A stretch of DNA of 64,000 bases from Candidatus Bathyarchaeia archaeon (GTDB lineage: Bacteria; Patescibacteriota; Microgenomatia; PFEM01; JAFGMK01): the NCBI GenBank assembly GCA_035529595.1, contig DATKWK010000035.1:317904-381903 (forward strand), read 5' to 3'. Shown here piece after piece: positions 30,920 through 38,747 of this stretch; the first letter of the stretch is position 1; each line of letters begins with the position of its first letter. The position numbers were made by a program, and so were the translations under genes. The notes beneath the pieces were generated by a model. That model ran no database searches, had not been told where the DNA came from, and saw nothing but the letters and a program-made list of their open reading frames with translations.

Positions 30920-31063
30920 ATGAAGAAAAATTGGCTGCTGGGTTTTTTGGGATTTCTTGGTCTTTTGGGTATTCCGGGAATTTTCAGCCGAGATTGGAAA
31001 GATTTGCTTTGGCTCGTTTGGTTTATTTGGTTTGTCTATTTTATTCCACAAAAAAAGGTATAA
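30920..31063 (+). CDS. 47-aa membrane microprotein (DUF3796-like N-terminus)
   Basis: MKKNWLLGFLGFLGLLGIPG...WFVYFIPQKKV*; TATAAT 6 nt upstream; below the ORF-track size cutoff. Confidence 0.7.
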   Translation: MKKNWLLGFLGFLGLLGIPGIFSRDWKDLLWLVWFIWFVYFIPQKKV

Positions 31064-31075
31064 AACTCCCAAATT

Positions 31076-31097
31076 ACACGTTAAGGTGTCTTAGATA
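31076..31097. repeat. L-type site
   Basis: ACACGTTAAGGTGTC-TTAGATA. Confidence 0.78.
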
Positions 31098-31184
31098 AAA
31101 AAAGCTTTCTGGTAAAAATCCGTTTAACTTCCTGGGGTGTTTACAACCCTGAGCGAATTATAATCCTGAGTGAAATCGAAGGAG

Positions 31185-31218
31185 TCGAGGTGTCAAGGAT
31201 AAAACACCTTTAAGGTGT
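31185..31218. repeat. R-type site
   Basis: TCGAGGTGTC-AAGGATAA-AACACCTT-T-AAGGTGT. Confidence 0.85.
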
Positions 31219-31237
31219 ATGTTGTCAATTGCAGAGA

Positions 31238-31954
31238 CTAGTCAAACAATTCGGCCACTTTTAGCTCAGTAAAATTATGGATCGTCTTAACCACTCCGGG
31301 CAGGCTACCTAATACTTTCAGGCGCTCGTCATTTCCAATAACAATGATATTCCTAACACCAGCGGCAAACGCCGACTGGATTCCCGACTTAGCGTCTTCA
31401 ATTACCAGACATTCTACTGGCTTTAAATTGATTATTTTAGCAGCCAACAAATACGGGTCAGGCGCTGGTTTCCCTTTATGCCTGCCATCGTTATAAAGTA
31501 TTTTCTGCTTGTTAAACCACTGATCAAGACGCAATTTTTTAAAAGAAAAACTAAAAATTCCTACTGCTGAAGAGGTGGCAATCGTCCGGGGAATATTTCT
31601 GTCTTGAACTTGGTTTAAGAATTCTTCCAATCCGATATTGAGATGAAACAACGGACTGGTTCTACATAAATGTTCTGTTATTTGATCTTTCTTTTTGGCT
31701 AACTTTTCGATTTCTTCAGTACTCATTTTGTTACCGGACAACCATTTGATTGTCTCCTTAGAAGGTACTCCTCGGATTCGATGAACCATTTCTCCATCAG
31801 TAACCATTTGTCCTCTTAACTCCCGGGAAATTTGACTCCACGCTTCTTTTTGAATCGGATAATCATCAACCAGCACTCCATTGAAATCAAAAATTATTCC
31901 GATTGGTCTTGGCGTATTTAAGCTTTGTTGATTAATAATCTTTTTCTGGGCCAT
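31238..31954 (-). CDS. HAD-family phosphatase
   Basis: IFDFNGV, ATSS, KPAPD, IEDAKSG. Confidence 0.88.
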   Translation of the reverse strand: MAQKKIINQQSLNTPRPIGIIFDFNGVLVDDYPIQKEAWSQISRELRGQMVTDGEMVHRIRGVPSKETIKWLSGNKMSTEEIEKLAKKKDQITEHLCRTSPLFHLNIGLEEFLNQVQDRNIPRTIATSSAVGIFSFSFKKLRLDQWFNKQKILYNDGRHKGKPAPDPYLLAAKIINLKPVECLVIEDAKSGIQSAFAAGVRNIIVIGNDERLKVLGSLPGVVKTIHNFTELKVAELFD

Positions 31955-32023
31955 CTTTGAGAAAATAATTTATTGACCACACCTCAAATTATTTCTTCTT
32001 TTTATCTGTTTTTCTTATTAATT

Positions 32024-32117
32024 ACACCTTCAAGATGCCTTAGATATGATTCTTCTTGTTTTAAGTATACACCCAAATTATCGGTTGCAAGTTTTAGGGA
32101 AGACACCTTGAGGGTGT
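32024..32117. repeat. Compact L-body-R composite element (about 94 bp)
   Basis: ACACCTTCAAGATGCC-TTAGATAT...AAGTATACACCC...AGGGAA-GACACCTTGAGGGTGT. Confidence 0.88.
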
Positions 32118-32178
32118 AGTAGGCTAGCTCCGTAAGAAATGCCCTGCGAGACAGACAACGTTTAGCCTTTTTTAAAAG

Positions 32179-32508
32179 TTATTGAGCCAGCTTTGAAAGA
32201 AACATATTCACAAGCGACAAAACGATAGCTGCAATCAAGGCCGTTCTAAATCCTGCAACACTAAAACCGGGCACAATTTTGCTCATTATCATTAAGAGGA
32301 GTGCGTTAATAACAAAAGTGAACAACCCTAATGTTAAAATATTTATCGGTAGCGTCAATAGTATTACTACGGGTTTAACTAACAAAGTTAACAATCCCCA
32401 TACGACTGAAATAACAAGCAAGGCTTGCCAACCACTAACTATAAAACCTGGCACTAAGTATGCGGTCACGTAGAATGCAAGGGCACTGACCAATAATTGT
32501 ATAAACAT
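32179..32508 (-). CDS. 4-TM phage holin-like (YvlD) membrane protein
   Basis: VKPVVILLTLPINILTLGLFTFVINA. Confidence 0.9.
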   Translation of the reverse strand: MFIQLLVSALAFYVTAYLVPGFIVSGWQALLVISVVWGLLTLLVKPVVILLTLPINILTLGLFTFVINALLLMIMSKIVPGFSVAGFRTALIAAIVLSLVNMFLSKLAQ

Positions 32509-32811
32509 ATTATTATTCTAAACCACGAACCCTGTACTGTAAATCACTTACTGAATCATCAATTCTACGCCGATAAACCCAGTCTTCCCCTAGTTAACAA
32601 TAGGTAGTATGCTCGCTTAATCCCTGACCTTTATCAAATGCAAAAGGGGTGATTGTTCCAGTCGGTTTATTAATAATTTCTTTGCTGACAACGGAACCCT
32701 CTTGATAATTTATTGTTTGATTAATATTCTTAGAATTGGTCATAAAATAAGATTTTATCACAGAAAAATATCAGCCTAATCAATTAGCTGTATAATTAAT
32801 TAGGTAAAATT

Positions 32812-33030
32812 ATGAAAATATCGGTAATAGTCCATCCGAATTCAAAAAATCCAAGAATAGAAAAAGACTTAATGAGCGTATTACATATTTATGTAAAGGC
32901 ACCGCCATTGGAAGGAAAGGCTAACAAGGCAGTCATTGAAGCATTGGCAATATTTTTTAAAACCAAAAAGGGAAAGATAATCTTAAAACGGGGAGAGAAA
33001 TCGAGAAATAAAGTATTTGAAATAGGCTGA
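32812..33030 (+). CDS. DUF167/YggU family protein
   Basis: VHPNSK, APPLEGKANKAVI, GEKSRNK. Confidence 0.9.
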   Translation: MKISVIVHPNSKNPRIEKDLMSVLHIYVKAPPLEGKANKAVIEALAIFFKTKKGKIILKRGEKSRNKVFEIG

Positions 33031-33144
33031 AATTTACCGATATTGATTGCTCCCAGGTGGGGCTCAGACTTCAAAAAAATTAGGTTTATAAAATAAAACA
33101 ATGTCAATCCTTATGGGATTAGATTTTTAGATAGTTGTTGAAGC

Positions 33145-33388
33145 TTAATTCCAAGGCAGTAATAGAGTAGTTTTTATAAAACAGGGGTTGTTTGAGTCTG
33201 AAAAGTCTCCTTCTTTTTGTAACTCTTGTTTTAACTGGTCATAGTCCTCATTCGAGGAAGCCTGGTAACCAAGATGATCCATTTCATACTGAGAAATATC
33301 GATACCAACCTCGTTTAGTTTTTGGAAGAAAGAGTTTAAGAAAGTAGTCTGGTCAAGTTTAATCATAGTGATGATTTTAACACCGGCG
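33145..33388 (-). pseudogene. Truncated duplicate of the YecM-like gene
   Basis: Near-identical to 28821-29104 apart from a 40-bp internal deletion. Confidence 0.9.
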
Positions 33389-33418
33389 GCGCTCCAAAGG
33401 AAAGACACCTTGAAGGTG
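33386..33418. repeat. R-type site
   Basis: AAAGGAAA-GACACCTT-G-AAGGTG. Confidence 0.85.
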
Positions 33419-33449
33419 GTTAACTACCTATTAAAAATAAGGGTAATCT

Positions 33450-33623
33450 CTACCAAATACCTTTTACTTCAAGATAGATAATTGAAACAATCATCATCAC
33501 AATCATAAAAAGAAAAATATATATAAATCTGGCCTTTTTATTGCGCGGTAGTTTTAAGTAACCCTCTTTAGTAATCAAAGGCGAAAAAACCTTGTGCAAA
33601 ATTTTAATTAAAAAATTTTCCAT
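33450..33623 (-). CDS. 57-aa single-TM microprotein
   Basis: MENFLIKILHK...ARFIYIFLFMIVMMIVSIIYLEVKGIW*; fills the interval between an R site and an L site. Confidence 0.6.
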   Translation of the reverse strand: MENFLIKILHKVFSPLITKEGYLKLPRNKKARFIYIFLFMIVMMIVSIIYLEVKGIW

Positions 33624-33644
33624 GCCGGCAATCCTTTTATGATT

Positions 33645-33723
33645 ACACTTTTAAAGTGTCTCAGATTAGCCACTTCTTGTTAAGTATACACCAAAGTTCT
33701 CGGCCGTAAGCTTGATGTTTTCA
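33645..33723. repeat. L-type site plus body
   Basis: ACACTTTTAAAGTGTC-TCAGATTA-GCCACTTCTT...AAGTATACACCAAAG...GGCCGTAAGCTTGATG. Confidence 0.88.
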
Positions 33724-34059
33724 AAAATATCAGCATTAAAGTATCTATCGAGATTTTAAACAGAGTTCTGATTAAATGATGCAAAGGCACTAAGTTCTGA
33801 TACAAAAATTGATAATAAGCCGTTTCTCTGGTGTCGGGATTGGGAACAACCGCTTCCGCAGTTAACTCAGAATACCGATAAAACTATAAAATTCAAACTT
33901 CCGTTTCCATAAAAATCTACCAGCTGATATAATTTGTTGTAAGATTCAAGGTTATCTTTTCTGAAAGTAGAAAATTCCTTAACCTTGGAATTGAAGAAAG
34001 CACTGACACTAAAATTATTCTAATCGGTAAGAAAGTCTGACTGCATATCTTAATCGATT

Positions 34060-35973
34060 ATGACCGAAGATAGATCAACCCAAGAAACCAAATCAAAACC
34101 CCCGACACCTGAGGATATAAAAGAAGCCTACCATTAGCACCAACTATTTAAAGATGGCTGGCTAACTGCCCATGAATTATCAGAACTAAAACCAGGAGAT
34201 AAACCCGGTTCAACTGGCGAAGTTTTTAAGGTCGAGACCAAAAGTCTTCGGGCAATAAAAGCAATTCTCGACAGAGACTTACCCGATGACGAATTTCGAG
34301 CCGGACTGGAAGAAATAAGATCGTTACTACCCCGGCCCTTTGAGAAAATGAAAGGTATGTTGCAAACCCAACCCCATAAAGACATTGATCCGGTTGATCA
34401 TACTCTTTATGCTCTAAATGAATTAGATACCGAAGCTTTATCAAGAGAGGACCGGCTGATAGCCAGAACAGTCTTGATATTTCATGATATTGGGAAAGTT
34501 CACGATGCTTTCAGTCGGGAGCACCCAAGAAGATCAGTTGATATTAGCAGAGACTACTTAGTAAAAACGGGTTATTCTGCCAATCAAGTTAAACGGGTTA
34601 TTCATCATATTTGCTGGCATGACGCGCTTGGTGATGTTGCCAGAATTGATGGAAGAAATATATTTGATGAAAGGGACGTGCTTACCTTTTTTCCAGACGA
34701 AACCGAACTGCGCCTTCATCGGGAGATTGTTATCGCTGACGTTGCCTCGATACCGGATCTGGCAAGATATGTTTCCAATATTCAAATAACCTATCAACGA
34801 CTACTGGAAAAACTGGCTGACCATAGAGGTAAAAAAGCCATTGAACCCGAAAAAGAGCTTCCTTTTGAAACAATCGGCGTTTATCAGTACCATCAAATAT
34901 ATAAAAGCTTAGACCGAACTACGGAATTTGATGATGTCGATATCGTCACCGAGATGGCCTCAAGAAGAGCTGATTTCGAAGCCTTATCAGCCAAGGATCA
35001 GGAAATCGTTGAAAAAACTATTATCCAAGGAATTACCAGCGGCTCCCCCCGAGCCCTGAACGCACTTAAACTGACAGGAAGAGAGACCGATACTACTTTT
35101 ATTGATCAACTAGAAGAAAAATATGACCTAGATTTAGAACCACTCCGAGCCTTAACCTATTTATTTGGCTTCACCTATTTATTATGGGAGTTAAATTGGA
35201 ATGTTCAGGATCGCTATTTACCGAATACCCCAGGATTAATGACCCAAATCAGAGGCAAATTAATCAGGGTACGCACTCTTGCTCAAAAACTTGGTCAATA
35301 CGAACTAGTCGCTACCCATGCAACCACCGAAGAAGGAAAAGTGATGATTGATCAAAGCATGGCCTTATTAAAATCGACCGATTTTAGTTCCCACTATGAA
35401 GGCGAAGGGGTTTACACCGGAATTTTTGGCTGTTTCAGAACCTGGGCCACCGGCGGTTGTTACGAAATGGTCATTGCCTTAGCAGATACACTGCCAATTA
35501 TTTCGAATTATAGAAATCCTGGAGCGATGACTAATAATCTGTGCGAAATGTTGGATATCGAATACGACGGTAGAGCGATCGCCCATGGCCTGGTTCAATG
35601 GTATAAAATGGACTCCGATTATGATGAGATTCCAGAATGGAAAGTTGCTTTACTTGAAAACTTACTAGGATCTCCGGCCGAAATCATAACCGATGAATAC
35701 GATCGTCCTTGCATAACTATGGATACTCAAGAAAATCCGATCATTTGGGCAAGTCTCTGCCGTGGTCTAAGAATAAGACGTTTTATCCCCAAAAAATTCC
35801 TCCACCTTGCCGAGTTTGCTACCAGACAAAAAAGGGATAAATTACCCCAACCAGAAAGACCGGCAACCGAAAGATTAGCAATTAAATATCCCTATGAAGA
35901 AAAGCCAATTCCTATCTTGAGGATTCACGGACTTAGTCCAATGGAACTGGAACGAATGATGGCCGAGGCTTAA
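34060..35973 (+). CDS. HD-domain protein with putative ART-like C-terminal domain; in-frame TAG at 34135-34137
   Basis: DHTL, FHDIGK, HP..S, WHD, IAD; THATTEEG...EGEGVY; ATG at 34060 is in frame with the ORF starting at 34348. Confidence 0.65.
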
Positions 35974-35998
35974 AATCCCCAAAAAATCCATGCAGAAA

Positions 35999-36022
35999 GT
36001 GCTTTCAAGATGCCTCAGGCCT
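35999..36022. repeat. L-type site (partial)
   Basis: GTGCTTTCAAGATGCC-TCAGGCCT. Confidence 0.6.
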
Positions 36023-36029
36023 ATCTTTT

Positions 36030-37190
36030 TTATTTAGTCTTTAAGCAGTTCTTATAATAGATTAATAAGGCACCTAAACCGGTTAAAGTAACCAAAATAG
36101 ATAAAAAGAAACCCAAAAACGGAATTTTCATTATTATATAAGTTGCCAGTAACCCGATGGTAAACTTGCCGTACGATGACATTTCTTTCCAGCCAAATCT
36201 GTCGCTGATGATTACCCCGGCACTAATTCCGATTGCCAGTTTGGAAAAATAAACATTTAACATAAGAAAGGTAAAAGCGATTCCGGCTAGGGGCAGGCCG
36301 ATTAAGGTTAGCGCCGCTAAGACCAAAGTCGGCACCGCCAGCACCATAACCAATAGACCAATTCCCAGACTTTTAAAAAATGAATTTTTAACCTGTTCGG
36401 AAACTGCCAAGACCGGTTTTGGAAAAAGTTTTATTAAAATAAAACCGACAATTAAGGCACCCAAAAAGGAAATTAGCTTGAAAACATTTTTTGTCACAGA
36501 AGCGACCCGGGAAAGGTCTTTGTTTATTTTTTTAGGAGATATCGGCTTAGCTTCATATTTTTTAATTTCTCCGGCAACAGTTGCCTTGGAAGACAGGCTA
36601 AAATCTTCATTATCTTCAATTAAGTAAGACAGGTTTTTGCCGATTATGGTCTTTGAGCCGATATCAATCTTACCGCCGCCCAGTCTCGCTTCTCCGCCGA
36701 TTTTTGAATCCAAAATAATCATTCCTGCGCCGATAAAAACATTTCTTCCAACCGGCGCCTGGTTATTTAATGTCCCGCAGCCGGAGATTAATGACCCGCC
36801 GATGCTGCTTTCAGAATCAATATTCAAAATTCCGCTGCCTGAAATGACTGAACCGCGAACCTCTGCCTTGTTTAAATTAATTGAGCCTCCTCCTAGATAA
36901 AGATTTCCGGAAACTAAACCGCCGACGGTCATATTAGCGGCGCCGATATGTAAATTACCGTTAACTACTCCTGATTCTCTGACTGACGCGGCGCCGATAA
37001 AAACATCGCCGTTTACGGTTCCTTCAAGATTCACAGTTTCCGCACCGATAAAAAGATCGTCATTGATTACTTCGTCTTTGGCAATCTCGACAGTGCCTTT
37101 TTCCTGGACAATTACTTTGGCAAGAGTCTTATCGGCAAAAATAAAACAGAATAAAGAAAAGAAAGGCAGAATATAAAATATTTTCTTCAT
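36030..37190 (-). CDS. Bactofilin-like beta-helix repeat membrane protein
   Basis: Signal peptide, repeats of the type G.VNGD/NL.IGA, multi-TM C-terminus. Confidence 0.8.
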   Translation of the reverse strand: MKKIFYILPFFSLFCFIFADKTLAKVIVQEKGTVEIAKDEVINDDLFIGAETVNLEGTVNGDVFIGAASVRESGVVNGNLHIGAANMTVGGLVSGNLYLGGGSINLNKAEVRGSVISGSGILNIDSESSIGGSLISGCGTLNNQAPVGRNVFIGAGMIILDSKIGGEARLGGGKIDIGSKTIIGKNLSYLIEDNEDFSLSSKATVAGEIKKYEAKPISPKKINKDLSRVASVTKNVFKLISFLGALIVGFILIKLFPKPVLAVSEQVKNSFFKSLGIGLLVMVLAVPTLVLAALTLIGLPLAGIAFTFLMLNVYFSKLAIGISAGVIISDRFGWKEMSSYGKFTIGLLATYIIMKIPFLGFFLSILVTLTGLGALLIYYKNCLKTK

Positions 37191-37290
37191 GATTTATATT
37201 ATATTTTAAAAATAATTTTTGAGCAATATTGAATATTTTTTATCTGGCTTTATCAGTAATTTTCTTCATATTCAATAAATCTATAGAATT

Positions 37291-37382
37291 ACACCTTCAG
37301 GGTGTCTCAGATATGGCACTTCTTGTTAAGTATACACCAAAATTACCGGCCGTAAGCTTGAGGGAAGACACTTTGAAGGTAC
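37291..37382. repeat. Compact L-body-R composite element (about 92 bp)
   Basis: ACACCTTCAGGGTGTC-TCAGATAT-GGCACTTCTT...AAGTATACACC...AGGGAA-GACACTTTGAAGGT. Confidence 0.9.
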
Positions 37383-37400
37383 AGTTAGCCGGTTTTATTT

Positions 37401-38366
37401 TCACCTTTGCTGGTTAACAGCTGAAAGAAAATCATATAACTGTCGTTCTGCTGCAATTGACTCCTGATCCCATATTCGATTTTCTCTTCTAATTGGTTCT
37501 TCAAATTTTCTGGAAAGTTCTACAAATTTTTTAATTCCCCCTTGTTCTCTAAATGCTGATGCCATTAATTTAAATGGTAACGAATAATACTCAGCAGAAA
37601 AATATCCTGACTGTAATATTGCTAAAATATCTTCCTCGGTAACCCCGTTTTCAGTAATTTCTTTGTCAATAATTCCTGCTCTTCTAGCTGTATCAATAAC
37701 ATCCCTTGCTCCCCCCTTGGCACAATAGTCAGTTAAGCACATAATCAAGGATCCAAGCATTCGCGTTTCCGTCATATAGCCAGAACCAATCGAAAAACTG
37801 ATTCGATTTACTGAGCCAGGGTCCTTATTGATTAACTGAGATTGTTGTACCAGCCCTGATTCTATTAGGACTTGTCTTGTCGTGACTTCGGTTATAGCCT
37901 CCTTGAACCATAATAAACTCCATTCTTTCGATTTTTGACTATATACTTCACCCATTTTAACTGGAACATTATCTTGAACGGCTCTTAGTCCAGCATCATG
38001 TACCTTCTCGTGAGCATACTCTTCTGCAAAATCGCTATCCACGGCAATCTGAATCACTCCATCGTAGTCGCAGAACCCTGCACTCCCAATCCATCGTACA
38101 TATCCTAAGACAATTTGATCCTCATTAAACTGACCAACCGAGACCCCAAACTTTCGAAATATTCTATTCATACCCTCATTGATTATTATTCCTTGCCTAC
38201 ATTGTTCTTTAGTTAACTTTAATTTATTGGGATCTCCATTTTCGGCCAGGGCTCTATTAGAATATTCAGCCCTTTTTTGTTGTGCAGAATAGATACCACG
38301 TTGAGAAAATACATGTACTCGAAGATCAATGTCTTGGTGCGTTGGCTCTTCTGCTATATTATCCAT
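37401..38366 (-). CDS. Hypothetical gluzincin-like metallopeptidase
   Basis: HEKVH plus downstream WFKEAITE. Confidence 0.6.
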   Translation of the reverse strand: MDNIAEEPTHQDIDLRVHVFSQRGIYSAQQKRAEYSNRALAENGDPNKLKLTKEQCRQGIIINEGMNRIFRKFGVSVGQFNEDQIVLGYVRWIGSAGFCDYDGVIQIAVDSDFAEEYAHEKVHDAGLRAVQDNVPVKMGEVYSQKSKEWSLLWFKEAITEVTTRQVLIESGLVQQSQLINKDPGSVNRISFSIGSGYMTETRMLGSLIMCLTDYCAKGGARDVIDTARRAGIIDKEITENGVTEEDILAILQSGYFSAEYYSLPFKLMASAFREQGGIKKFVELSRKFEEPIRRENRIWDQESIAAERQLYDFLSAVNQQR

Positions 38367-38390
38367 GCTCTGGTAATTTATATATTTGGT

Positions 38391-38663
38391 ACACCTTCAA
38401 AATGTCTCAGATTAGACACTTCTTTTATAAGTATACACCAAAATTCTCGGCCGAAAGCTTGATATTTTCACAAATTTTGCATCCTTGTCATCCTAATCCC
38501 GACTTTAGGTCGTGGAGAAGGATCCAGCGAAGCCAAGTCTGACTTGGCGAAGCGCTTACGCTAGATTCCTTGGAATGACAATAGAGTCTTGAAATAGGTT
38601 CTGATTTTTTTAAATCAGTAGAAAAAGTACCAAGGTGTCAAGGGAAAGACACCTTGAAGGTGT
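38391..38663. repeat. Long L-body-R composite element interrupted by a REP-like hairpin
   Basis: L at 38391 (ATGTC-TCAGATTA-GACAC); R at 38630 (CCAAGGTGTC-AAGGGAAA-GACACCTTGAAGGTGT). Confidence 0.9.
38486..38580. repeat. REP-like palindrome related to 14677-14768
   Basis: TGTCATCCT...GAAGGATCCAG...CTAGATTC...GAATGACA; inner GCCAAGTC-T-GACTTGGC. Confidence 0.75.
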
Positions 38664-38747
38664 TAAATGGGGCGCTAAATGACAGTTTGATAATTAAATC
38701 TCGAAAGCTAAGGACTTCGAATAGTTACCTATGATATTATAAATATT

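Noticed and set aside
30881-31072. 63-aa minus-strand ORF from the track
   Set aside because: Shadow of the 47-aa plus-strand membrane ORF, which has a -10 box and a family-like motif
32179-32508. Prophage inferred from the holin-like gene, amidase and helicase
   Set aside because: No structural, terminase or integrase genes; these families are common in cellular genomes
34135-34137. Genome-wide stop-codon reassignment
   Set aside because: TAG and TGA terminate intact genes elsewhere in the window, and long ORFs are uninterrupted under code 11
37229-37417. Short ORFs spanning repeat elements (also 38282-38542 and 42309-42518)
   Set aside because: They translate the non-coding repeat and show no protein motifs
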